This document shows, piece after piece, positions 38,276 to 47,530 of a DNA stretch of 64,000 bases. The notes under the pieces were generated by a model. The model was not told the DNA's origin. It made no database searches and saw only the letters and a list, made by a program, of their open reading frames with translations. The translations under genes and the position numbers were made by a program. Origin of the DNA: Candidatus Latescibacterota bacterium (GTDB lineage Bacteria; Latescibacterota; UBA2968; UBA8231); assembly GCA_965206595.1 (NCBI GenBank), contig OZ242214.1, positions 864,001 to 928,000 on the forward strand. The letters run 5' to 3'. How positions within the stretch are numbered: the first letter of the stretch is position 1; each line of letters opens with the position of its first letter.

Positions 38276-40500
38276 CAGTACGCGACCCCCACAATGCCGA
38301 CCCGTTGCACACCCCCGGTCGAAGCGTCGAGTGACACGGTGAAGATGTAGTTGCCCGGCGGCACCGTTTCCCCGGCGTCGTTCAGGCCGTTCCACGGGTG
38401 CGCGAAGCGGCCGCTGGGATCCTCGCCGTCGTACAGGCTCGCCACCTTCCGTCCGGAGAGGTCGAACACCTCGACCCTCACCCGCCTCGGCTCGGCGATG
38501 TTGGTGATGTCGTAGTGGATCAGGGCGCCGTCGTTGACCCCGTCCCGGTTCGGCGTCAGCACCGCGGGGACCGCTTCGACGTTGATGAGAAGGTCCCGGG
38601 TTATCGGCACGGACACCGACAGGTTCCCCGGGTTGAGACTGCCAACCGGCAGCGAGTCGGGATCCTCGAGGCCGCCGTCCCCGAGGTCGGCCGCGTTTCC
38701 CGGAACGAGGTCCTGGCCGATGCCCGGGTGGGCGGCGTTCCGGGCGCGCCCGGTGAACAGGGTGCCGAAGCGCAGCACCGAGTTGTCGAAGCCGACCTTG
38801 ATCACCGCCCTTTCCTCCACCCTCGGGAAGGAGATGACCAAACCGTCATCCCGCACCTCCTCGATGGAGACCTCGTTGCGCGTGACCGGCAACGCGTCGA
38901 GCGCGGCCCCGGTGAAATCCGCCGCCTGCGGCGATCCGCCGCGCTCGATTTCGATCCATCCCACCGCGGGAGTCCGCGTCGGGGTGTCGATCTCGATGCG
39001 GTCGAAGCCGACGCCGTCGGCGGCCGGCTCGCAGAGAACGGCGTAGGTGAATCCGGTGCGCTCGCCCACAGCCGCGGCGCGGGGCAGAATCTCGGCGATC
39101 AGCCTGCCGGCGAAGGCGGGAGAGAGGGCTTCGAAGCTCAGCCCTCCGAGCCCGGTGGCGGCGTCGAACGAGTCGTTGGCGAACTCCACCATGAACTGGA
39201 AGTACCGCCGCGGACCTGGGGAAGAGATGGAGGTCCCCCCGCCGGCCTTTCCCAGGGACTCGGGATCGACGATTCCCGCGGCCGGGTACGGCGCCGACCA
39301 GGGGCTCCAGTTGGTCAGATCCTCCCGCAGATCCCCGCGCTCCGATCTGTCGACCTCTCTTCTGTAGTACTCCTGATCTATCTCGAGAGCGGCCCGCTGC
39401 TCGAGGGAGAGCTCGTTGTAGAACAGCAGCACGTCGCGGCCGTCGAGGTCGGGATTGTCGAGCACGGTTTCGACGATCTCCCGCAGCTCCTCGTCTTCGA
39501 TGGCGTCGGCGCGTTTCCACAGCGCTTCGATCGGGATGTCGACCTCGAAGATGTCCGCCTCGACGAGCTGCAGATCGATGCGCCCCGAGGGCTGCAGCCC
39601 CACCCGCGGGAACACCACAGTGGCCGGATCTACTCCCGTTCGGGTGCGGATTCGCATCTCCGACAGCAGCGGATCCCCCTGCTGTTCCTCGACCCAGCGG
39701 ATGTTCCCGAGAAGGGTCGGGATGCCGAAGTCGATGATGTTAGAGACGTAGGTCGCCTCGGGAACGAAGCCCTGCGCGAAGGCCTGGAACTCGGCGATCT
39801 CGAACTCGGTGTTGGTCAGCACCTTGAGCCTGAGGTGGCGGACGAAGCGCGGCTCGATCCTGAGGTCGACGACCGGCTCATCGTTCTTTTCCACTGCCTC
39901 GAGGGTCTCGAAAATCAGCACCCCGTTGCTCTCGCTCTCCGGGGCGCCGTCGTTCTCGAGGATCTCGAACGACTTGAGGAAGTCTTTTTGATTGGGGAAT
40001 CCAGGGGCCGCGTAGGCCGGGTCGGCGTTGCGCGGAAAGAACCTGATGCGGTTCAGGGCGAAAACGGCGCCGAGGTCGAACTGCATGATGAAGCCGCTCG
40101 CCCGCGTGCTTTCCCCGGCCCGTTCCGGACGGACTTCCAGGGCCGTCTCCCCGTCGTCGTCGATCATTTTCGGAAACTGCCCCTCCAGCGACCGCAGGCT
40201 GAGCGTCGGCGTCGCCAGCGACCCGCCCCTTTCGGGCGAGGTCAGGCCGATCATGATGTTGCGCTCCGTGTCGACCTGCTGCGGAAAGATCCAATCGGGC
40301 CGCTCCGCGGTGCCGAAGTCGATGACCCCGCCGGGGGCGTTGGTCTCCTCCGCGGTGGTGAGGCCGCGGATCACGGTCGGCGGAATGTCCCCTTCGTCGC
40401 CCCACTGGATGCCGCCGGGGCCTCCGATGACGATGGTTTCGACCTGTGCCTCGGCCGCCGGCAGGAGGGCTAGCAATGCGATGAGGAGGATCGCCGCCAT
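38275..40500 (-). CDS. Family B1: paralog with FlgD-Ig/CHU_C-like C-terminal domain
   Basis: ATG 40500 overlaps the A1 stop (TGATG); MAAILLIALLALLPAAEA signal; FDLGAVFALNRIRFFP, FEIAEFQ, WSPWS; ends LTPNRDGVND...FDLSGRKV...VPPGNY...VGVAY. Confidence 0.87.
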   Translation of the reverse strand: MAAILLIALLALLPAAEAQVETIVIGGPGGIQWGDEGDIPPTVIRGLTTAEETNAPGGVIDFGTAERPDWIFPQQVDTERNIMIGLTSPERGGSLATPTLSLRSLEGQFPKMIDDDGETALEVRPERAGESTRASGFIMQFDLGAVFALNRIRFFPRNADPAYAAPGFPNQKDFLKSFEILENDGAPESESNGVLIFETLEAVEKNDEPVVDLRIEPRFVRHLRLKVLTNTEFEIAEFQAFAQGFVPEATYVSNIIDFGIPTLLGNIRWVEEQQGDPLLSEMRIRTRTGVDPATVVFPRVGLQPSGRIDLQLVEADIFEVDIPIEALWKRADAIEDEELREIVETVLDNPDLDGRDVLLFYNELSLEQRAALEIDQEYYRREVDRSERGDLREDLTNWSPWSAPYPAAGIVDPESLGKAGGGTSISSPGPRRYFQFMVEFANDSFDAATGLGGLSFEALSPAFAGRLIAEILPRAAAVGERTGFTYAVLCEPAADGVGFDRIEIDTPTRTPAVGWIEIERGGSPQAADFTGAALDALPVTRNEVSIEEVRDDGLVISFPRVEERAVIKVGFDNSVLRFGTLFTGRARNAAHPGIGQDLVPGNAADLGDGGLEDPDSLPVGSLNPGNLSVSVPITRDLLINVEAVPAVLTPNRDGVNDGALIHYDITNIAEPRRVRVEVFDLSGRKVASLYDGEDPSGRFAHPWNGLNDAGETVPPGNYIFTVSLDASTGGVQRVGIVGVAY

Positions 40501-43295
40501 CACTTGATCCCCGCGTACACGGTGATGAAGCTGATCGTCTCCGACGTCCCCCTGCTCCTCTTCTCGAAAACCCCGCCCTCGTCCGCCTGCACCCGCTCGG
40601 CGAGGTTGCGGGCGAGCCGGAAGCCGATCTGGGTGGTCAGCCAGTATCCCTGGTAGGCTGAGTCCGTCGTCAGCTGCACGGCGAGATTGACCGAGGTCAC
40701 GTCGCCGGTCTCCCCCGCGGTTCCCGCGGCGATCATCTCCTCTTCGTCGACGGTCCTGTCGACGAACTGCGCCAGCTCGAGCCCGGTGGTGACCTCGCTC
40801 TGTTCGAGATACGGAAACCGGGCCAGCAGCGTCGCCAGCCCCATCCAGTGCTCCTGGTCGACGCCGATCACCTCTCCGAGCAGCGACTCGCGCACGAACG
40901 GCTGCCGGCGGAAGTACTCGAGCTTGGCCTTGGGCTCGACGCTCACCGCGCCGATCGAGAAGCCGTACTCGACCTTGTTGACGAAGCCGAGGAGGGTCGG
41001 CGAGGCGGTCAGGGAGCGGCCTTTCAGATCGGTGGGTTCCTCCTTCACGTGGTTGTAGATCTCGTACTTCAGCTTGTTGACGACCTTCAGGCGCGAGGCC
41101 GCGGTGTAGTCGAAGCCGACCCAGGCGGTGTTGATCCATGTGTCCGGGGCCGGCAGCAGATCCTCGATGACCGGCCTGGAGATGGCCCGGCGATAGGGGG
41201 AGGGGGCCAGGCGGTCGTCCGGTATCGTGTCGCTTGCCCGCTTCAGCATGTCGAAAACGCGCAGCCTCCCGAACCCGAGCCGCCTGTCCATGGTGAACAG
41301 GCCGTAGGTCGTTCTGCTGTCGCGGTCGTCGGAAAGCATGCGCTCCTGCGCCCGTCCCACCATGAGCCGGGTGTCCGGGGTCAGGTGGAGGCCGGCGAAT
41401 GCGTTGTACCCCCTGCGGTCCGTCTTGTACGGGAAGTCGGGCAGGGTGTCGTCCTCGAAGCGGTCGATCCAGGCGTTGTTGTTGAGGTCGATGCCGAAGA
41501 GGAACTCCGGCCGGTCGACGTCATGCCTGAGGAACGGCTCCTCGTAGTCGGGAAGGGTGTTGCGCAGTGTCCTGTTGTCGTTCTGGTTGAAGTCGGAGAT
41601 GAAGTCGTTGTTCTGGTCCCACCCCGGGTAGACGTCGGTGTCGCCGGCCTGGGAACCGGGCCGCACCCAGTCGGGAAGACGGTCCTGGTCGTCGTTGTCC
41701 TCTACGAACTCGTAGAGGTGGAGATCGGGGCGGTCGTAGTCGATGTCCCCGTTTTCGTCGACGACGAAGGCGCTCGTGGAGTAGTCGCCGTCGATTGCGT
41801 AGGCCTCGCCGTAGAGAAAGAAGGGATATCTCTGTTTGCGGGCCGTCACGTAGCGGGCGTCCGCGGTCCGCCGCGAGATCTCGTGACTCTCGTTGGCGCT
41901 GAAGAGCGCCGCGTTCGGGAACTGGGAATAGCGGAAATTGCGGTCCCATTCTGCGTAGAAGTCGATCCCCCCCCACACATCGGTACCCTCGACGGTTACC
42001 CCGGCGATCATGTTGGCGGTGGGCAGCCCGTAGTCGAAGGTGACCCGGCGGATATTCGTTATGTCGTGCACGTTGCCGCCGGCGCGGTCGACGAGGAGCA
42101 GGGCCGGGCGCTGGGCCTCGATGATCTCGCTGGTCAGGGGCGTATCGGGGGGGCCGTTCCGTCCCGTCTGCCGGTCCGACCAAAGCTCGATCCTGTAGTC
42201 GTTGGCCAGCACGTAGTCGAACTCGACGGCGAGGATGGTCGTCGGGTTGGGGCCGATGTAGTCCGGGTGGTTGAAGTCGTAGTTGAGCACGATCCGCTCG
42301 GCGCCGTCCGCGGCGAGGTAACCGCGGCGGGCCAGGCCGCCGAAGACGTCCGGCCAGCGGCCGCCGGGGCGCACCACCTGGTCGAGCCTCCACTCGCTGT
42401 CTTCGCCGGTCTCGAAATTGCGGCTGGTGATGCGAATGTCGTGGTCGAAGAGGGCGGCGCCGGCGGCGCCGTCTTCGGGCGAGTCGTCGCTGAGAACGAC
42501 CGCGACCGTCGTGACCGGGACGTTCGACTGGCCTTCGGTGAGGTTGCCTGCGGCGAGGTTCCCTCCGAACAGATCGAGGTTGGTGTTGGAGTTGCGGGCG
42601 TCGACGAGGGTAGCGCCGACGGCGATGAAGTCGCCGACCTGGGCGGTGACGCGGCCCGCGACGAGGCTCGTGGAGTTGGCGGTTCGCGCCGGTTCGATGG
42701 TAACGGAGGCGGCCGGGTCGCTGATCCGGGAGGCGAGGATGGTCGCCGCGTACTTGTCCGCTACGTAGTCGGCCTGCACGCCGTTGAAGGTCGGCTTCGA
42801 AAAGGACAGCGGCGTCAGGGTGGTGCGGATCTGGTTGCCCACGGTGACGGCGTAGCCGTTCTGCCCCTTGGCGTCGCCGCTGATGGTCAGCGAGCTGAAC
42901 CAGTTCTGGAACTGGCTCCCCTTGAAGATGGCGCTCCCCAGGGCGTTGGGCTGGTCCTGGCGCCAATCGTACACCAGCCAGCCGTGGCTGATGTAGTCGC
43001 CGTAGACGTCGTAGAAGTAGTCCCCCTCGATGGCGGTGTTGACGTAGCGCTCGTATCCCCGGGTCGCGTAGTTCGTGAACTCCCACTGGCGCCAGCGGTG
43101 CTCTTCGTACAGCTCCTGTGGAATGTACCAGTGCCGCAGGGTGGGATCGAGGGCGCCGAACAGCACCCCCGGACCGGTCGGCTCGAAGCTGACCTCGCCG
43201 TCCGCGGAGACCCCCAAGCGGGTGCCGTACTCCTGCGCATGCAGCGGGGCTGCCAGGAGGAAAGTGAGGAAGAGAGCGGAGTTTCCGAGTTTCAG
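40500..43295 (-). CDS. Family A1: first gene of the cluster (~930 aa); start uncertain, possibly CTG
   Basis: Signal peptide LKLGNSALFLTFLLAAPLHA, then QEYGTRLG; shared family A motifs; ends SFITVYAGIK. Confidence 0.85.
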   Translation of the reverse strand: MKLGNSALFLTFLLAAPLHAQEYGTRLGVSADGEVSFEPTGPGVLFGALDPTLRHWYIPQELYEEHRWRQWEFTNYATRGYERYVNTAIEGDYFYDVYGDYISHGWLVYDWRQDQPNALGSAIFKGSQFQNWFSSLTISGDAKGQNGYAVTVGNQIRTTLTPLSFSKPTFNGVQADYVADKYAATILASRISDPAASVTIEPARTANSTSLVAGRVTAQVGDFIAVGATLVDARNSNTNLDLFGGNLAAGNLTEGQSNVPVTTVAVVLSDDSPEDGAAGAALFDHDIRITSRNFETGEDSEWRLDQVVRPGGRWPDVFGGLARRGYLAADGAERIVLNYDFNHPDYIGPNPTTILAVEFDYVLANDYRIELWSDRQTGRNGPPDTPLTSEIIEAQRPALLLVDRAGGNVHDITNIRRVTFDYGLPTANMIAGVTVEGTDVWGGIDFYAEWDRNFRYSQFPNAALFSANESHEISRRTADARYVTARKQRYPFFLYGEAYAIDGDYSTSAFVVDENGDIDYDRPDLHLYEFVEDNDDQDRLPDWVRPGSQAGDTDVYPGWDQNNDFISDFNQNDNRTLRNTLPDYEEPFLRHDVDRPEFLFGIDLNNNAWIDRFEDDTLPDFPYKTDRRGYNAFAGLHLTPDTRLMVGRAQERMLSDDRDSRTTYGLFTMDRRLGFGRLRVFDMLKRASDTIPDDRLAPSPYRRAISRPVIEDLLPAPDTWINTAWVGFDYTAASRLKVVNKLKYEIYNHVKEEPTDLKGRSLTASPTLLGFVNKVEYGFSIGAVSVEPKAKLEYFRRQPFVRESLLGEVIGVDQEHWMGLATLLARFPYLEQSEVTTGLELAQFVDRTVDEEEMIAAGTAGETGDVTSVNLAVQLTTDSAYQGYWLTTQIGFRLARNLAERVQADEGGVFEKRSRGTSETISFITVYAGIK

Positions 43296-43502
43296 GGCCG
43301 GTCTCCGTCGGCTGAACGACCTTGCGCTGTTGGCGGAGGTCCGGGTATTTACCAAAATCCCGAACAGACCTATGGGACTTGCAGACAGAATTACCGGATG
43401 ATCTGCCCGAACCGCATGAGGTAACATATTAATGAAAAACGTCCTCAAAATCGACCCGAAATCAACCTGGCGACCGATTTTCGGAAAACCAGCTTTACCT
43501 GT

Positions 43503-43534
43503 TGGTATTGATAAAATTTGGTATTGATAAAATT
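43503..43534 (+). repeat. Perfect 16-bp AT-rich tandem repeat tggtattgataaaatt x2 in a divergent intergenic region
   Basis: Read directly; abuts ATG 43535. Confidence 0.95.
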
Positions 43535-45490
43535 ATGTCCGTCCTGAAGAAGCGGCGGCCGCGCCTGGCGGGAGCAGCCGGGGCGGCCGCGGGCATGTTT
43601 CTTTCGCAGTTGCCGGGTCCACTCGCTGCCGAGGTCAGGAAACCCCTGGCCTATCCGGCGGACGCGGTCGAGCCCCCCTGGGTCGACACCAGGCGGGACA
43701 TGCAGCTGGCAACCGCGGCCCGGTTCCGGGCTTTCGTCGGTTTCACCTTCACCGACCGCTGCAGGGAAAGCGGAATCGGGTTCGTCAACGTCACCACCGC
43801 GGACACCGGCAAGAACTACCGGGCGTCGCACTACGATCACGGCAACGGCGTCGCCGCGGCCGACGTCGATGGCGACGGTCTCGCCGACATCTACTTCAGC
43901 ACCCAGGTCGGGGCCAACGAGCTGTGGCGCAACCTCGGGGGCGGCAGGTTCGCCAACATCACCGCCACCTCCGGAACGAGCCTCGCCGAGGCGCTCGGGG
44001 TCGCCGCCTCTTTCGGCGATACCGACAACGACGGCGACCCGGACCTGTACGCGACCACGGTCCGGGGGGGCAATTTCCTGTTCGCCAACGATGGCGCCGG
44101 CAGGTTCACGGACGCCACCGCGGCCTCAGGCCTGGCCTACAGCGGTCATTCGTCGGCCTCGGTTTTCTTCGACTACGACAGGGACGGCCTGCTCGACCTG
44201 TTTCTCTGCAACGTCGGCGTGTACACGACCGAGGAGATCCTCGAGGCCCCGGCGGACGCGCTGGACCCGGGGAAGGGGGAACCCTACCAGTATTTCGCCG
44301 CCCACGCCGATGCCTTCGCCGGCCACCTCAAACCGGAGCGGACCGAGCTCAGCATCCTCTACCGCAACGAGGGGGGCAACCGCTTCTCCGACGTGTCGGA
44401 AGCGACCGGGCTGGTCGATACCAGCTGGTCGGGAGATGCCAGTCCGATCGATGCCAACGAGGACGGCTGGCCCGACCTGTACATCCTCGACATGCAGGGA
44501 AACGACGATTACTTCGAAAACGTCGGGGGGCAGAGATTCGTGCGCCGCAGCAGGGAGGTCTTCCCGAAGACCCCCTGGGGGTCCATGGGGGTCAAGGTGT
44601 TCGACTACGACAACGACGGCGATTTCGACCTCTTCGTCAGCGACATGCACTCCGACATGAGCGACGAAGTCGGGCCGGGCGACGAAAAGAAGAAGGCCGA
44701 TATCAAGTACTCGGACGAGTTCCTCGCCAGCGGCGGCCACAGCATCTTCGGGAACGCCTTTTACCGCAACGAGGGCGGGGGCAGCTACTTCGAGAACTCG
44801 GACGGGATCGGCGCCGAAAACTACTGGCCCTGGGGCTTGAGCACGGGAGATCTGAACGCCGACGGCTACGACGACGTATTCCTCGCCTCGAGCATGAACT
44901 ACCCCTTCCGATACGGGGTCAACACGCTGCTAGTGAACGACCTGGGAGAGGCCTTCCTCGACGCCGAGTACATCCTCGGGGTCGAGCCGCGGCGCGACAG
45001 CCGCACGACCAAGGCCTGGTTCCTGCTCGATTGCGGGGGAGCGGACAAGGAGCACGACCGCTGCGAGGGGCAGGACGGCCTCATCGAGATATGGGCGGCC
45101 CTGGGCTCGCGTTCCTCCGTGATTTTCGACATCGAAGGAGACGGCGACCTCGACATCGTCACCAACGAGTTCAACTCGGAGCCCCAGGTCTTCGTCAGCG
45201 ATCTATCCGAAAGGAAGCAGATCAACTACCTCGGGGTGAAGCTCGCCGCCGGCACGTCGAACCGGAGCGGCATCGGCGCCGTCGTCAGCGTAGAGGCCGG
45301 AGGCGCCAGCTACAGGAAGGCGAACGACGGCCAGTCGGGCTACCTGTCGCAGAGCGACCTGCCGCTCTACTTCGGCCTGGGGGCCGCCGCTTCCGTCGAC
45401 CGGATCGTCGTTCGCTGGCCCTCGGGGACGACGCAGACGGTTCCGGGGCCCCTGGCAATCAACCGGCTCATCGAGGTAACGGAGAAGTAG
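43535..45490 (+). CDS. CRTAC1-like FG-GAP + ASPIC/UnbV protein
   Basis: ADVDGDGLADIY, DYDRDGLLDLF, DYDNDGDFDLF, SNRSGIGA, SGYLSQS, YFGLG, RWPSG. Confidence 0.9.
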   Translation: MSVLKKRRPRLAGAAGAAAGMFLSQLPGPLAAEVRKPLAYPADAVEPPWVDTRRDMQLATAARFRAFVGFTFTDRCRESGIGFVNVTTADTGKNYRASHYDHGNGVAAADVDGDGLADIYFSTQVGANELWRNLGGGRFANITATSGTSLAEALGVAASFGDTDNDGDPDLYATTVRGGNFLFANDGAGRFTDATAASGLAYSGHSSASVFFDYDRDGLLDLFLCNVGVYTTEEILEAPADALDPGKGEPYQYFAAHADAFAGHLKPERTELSILYRNEGGNRFSDVSEATGLVDTSWSGDASPIDANEDGWPDLYILDMQGNDDYFENVGGQRFVRRSREVFPKTPWGSMGVKVFDYDNDGDFDLFVSDMHSDMSDEVGPGDEKKKADIKYSDEFLASGGHSIFGNAFYRNEGGGSYFENSDGIGAENYWPWGLSTGDLNADGYDDVFLASSMNYPFRYGVNTLLVNDLGEAFLDAEYILGVEPRRDSRTTKAWFLLDCGGADKEHDRCEGQDGLIEIWAALGSRSSVIFDIEGDGDLDIVTNEFNSEPQVFVSDLSERKQINYLGVKLAAGTSNRSGIGAVVSVEAGGASYRKANDGQSGYLSQSDLPLYFGLGAAASVDRIVVRWPSGTTQTVPGPLAINRLIEVTEK

Positions 45491-45577
45491 GGCCCCCCGC
45501 CCGGGGGTGCTCCGGCAGCGGGCCTCGCTGGCGGCGACTCCTTCGCGGCGTGTACGGGGCTCCGATTCGCCCGAGGG

Positions 45578-47530
45578 ATGGATACGGCAGACTGGGTCGT
45601 GAAAACGCCTTCCCCCTTCACCCTCCGGGGCCTATTAGCCGGCACTCTCCTGTCCCTCTTCGTCGGCATCGCGGCCCCCTACGGATTCATCGCCGTGCGC
45701 GGGTCGTGGTGGGGGTCGAACGCCTCCTCTCCCGGGGCGATCTTCCTGTTCTTCATCTTCACCTTTTTCGTCAACACCGCCCTCGGCCTGGTCAGGCGCC
45801 CCCTCGCTCTCGGCCGCGGCGACCTCGTCCTCGTCTACGCCATGATGGCCATGGCCATCACCGTGCCGACGCAGAATTTCCTCGTCTACATCATCCCGAC
45901 CATCTGCGTTCCCTACTACTCGGCCAGCGTCGAGAACAACTGGGAGTCGCTCATCCATCCCTGGGTCCCCGAGTGGATGGTTCTCCGGGACTTCGACGCG
46001 ATCAGAGGTCTGTACGAGGGACTGCCCGCGGGGCAGTCGATTCCGTGGGCTTCCTGGATCGTGCCGCTGGGGGCCTGGTTCTCCCTGTTCCTCGCCCTCA
46101 GTCTCATGATGATCTTCATGTCCGCCATCCTGCACCGGCAGTGGGCGGCCAACGAACGGCTGGCCTACCCGATGATGCAGCTGCCGAGGCAGATGATCGA
46201 GGAAGGGGAGGGCCCCGCCGGGCTGGTCCAGCCCTTTTTCAGAAACCCGGTAACCTGGGCAGGATTCGCGCTGCCGTTCGGCCTCTTCGGCCTCACGGGG
46301 CTGAACCACTACTTCCCGATCGTTCCAGACTACCCGTTCTGGCACGGCGGCATCGAGCTCTTCGAGGGGGTCGGACTGCCGCTGGCGGTGAGCTTCGCCT
46401 GGATCGGTTTCTTCTATCTCGTCGATCTCGGCATCGTCTTCAGCATCTGGTTCTTCTATCTGGCGGGAAAGGTCGAGGAAGGGGTTTTCAATTCCCTGGG
46501 GATCTCGAGCCGCGAGACCTTGAGCCAGTACGAGAACTACCAGACCGCGGACCTGTCGCATCAGGCGACCGGAGCGGTGATCGCCTTCGTCCTGATCGGG
46601 CTCTGGACCGCCCGCCCCCATCTGGCCGCGGTATGGCGCAAGGCGTGGCGGCCGGCTTCCGGGATCGACGACAGCGAGGAGCTCGTGCCCTACCGGGCCG
46701 CCCTGTTCGGATGGTTCGGCTGCCTGGCGTTCGTCCTCTTCTGGCTCTGGCAGTCCGGCCTGCCCGCCGCCGCCATACCCCTGTTCACCGGCATGGTGCT
46801 CATCTACTACATCATGATAACGCGGGTGGTGACCGCCGGAGGCATCCCCACCAGCCGCCCCCCGATCGTGGCCCCCTACGTCGTCATTTCGGGGATGGGC
46901 GCCTCCGTCCTCGGCACCAAAGGCTTGGTGTCGCTGGGATTCGCCATGGGCTGGCAGGCCGAGATGCGCCTGTTCCCGATGATTCCCTGTGCCAACGCCC
47001 TCAAGCTCGCCGAGATCGTCCCGGGGCCCAAGGGCAGGCTGTTCTGGGGGATGCTGATCGCCCTGCTCTGCAGCCTGGGCGCGGGAACCTGGCTGCTGCT
47101 GACCCTGGGCTACGAGCACGGGGGCATCAACATGGTCGGGCCGCTGCTGTCGAACGGGAACAACTGGCACTTTCTCAATCCGCAGCTGAACGACCCTCCC
47201 GAGGCCAACCTGCGCGGCTGGGTCTTCACCGGCATCGGCGCCGCGTTCGAGGGATTCCTCATGTGGGCCCAGCACCGCTGGTACTGGTGGCCGCTTCACC
47301 CCCTCGGATTCGCCATTGCCGTCGGCTTCATCACCTCCCACATCTGGTTCTCGGCGCTGCTGGCCTGGACGCTGAAGGCAGGGATTCTCAAGTACGGGGG
47401 CATCAGGCTGTTTTCCGGGATGAAACCGTTCTTTCTGGGCCTCGTCTTGGGGGAAGCGTCGAGCGCGGGATTCTGGCTCTGCGTCGACGCGGTCACCGGG
47501 GCAACGGGGAATCACATAACCGCCATGTGA
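45578..47530 (+). CDS. Polytopic membrane protein, DUF6785/DUF6784-like (putative transporter)
   Basis: Many TM segments; RQWAANERLAYPMMQLP, YEHGG, WWPLHPLGF, KYGG..F..MKPFFLGLVLGE. Confidence 0.8.
   Translation: MDTADWVVKTPSPFTLRGLLAGTLLSLFVGIAAPYGFIAVRGSWWGSNASSPGAIFLFFIFTFFVNTALGLVRRPLALGRGDLVLVYAMMAMAITVPTQNFLVYIIPTICVPYYSASVENNWESLIHPWVPEWMVLRDFDAIRGLYEGLPAGQSIPWASWIVPLGAWFSLFLALSLMMIFMSAILHRQWAANERLAYPMMQLPRQMIEEGEGPAGLVQPFFRNPVTWAGFALPFGLFGLTGLNHYFPIVPDYPFWHGGIELFEGVGLPLAVSFAWIGFFYLVDLGIVFSIWFFYLAGKVEEGVFNSLGISSRETLSQYENYQTADLSHQATGAVIAFVLIGLWTARPHLAAVWRKAWRPASGIDDSEELVPYRAALFGWFGCLAFVLFWLWQSGLPAAAIPLFTGMVLIYYIMITRVVTAGGIPTSRPPIVAPYVVISGMGASVLGTKGLVSLGFAMGWQAEMRLFPMIPCANALKLAEIVPGPKGRLFWGMLIALLCSLGAGTWLLLTLGYEHGGINMVGPLLSNGNNWHFLNPQLNDPPEANLRGWVFTGIGAAFEGFLMWAQHRWYWWPLHPLGFAIAVGFITSHIWFSALLAWTLKAGILKYGGIRLFSGMKPFFLGLVLGEASSAGFWLCVDAVTGATGNHITAM

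Noticed and set aside
35417-43295. Near-identical DNA blocks between A1 and A2 as possible DGR template/variable repeats
   Set aside because: Explained by conserved paralogous protein motifs; no reverse transcriptase in the window and no evident adenine-specific mismatch pattern.
16964-45490. Recurrent gactacgacaacgacggc-like DNA repeats
   Set aside because: They encode FG-GAP DYDNDG motifs with irregular spacing; not a CRISPR array.
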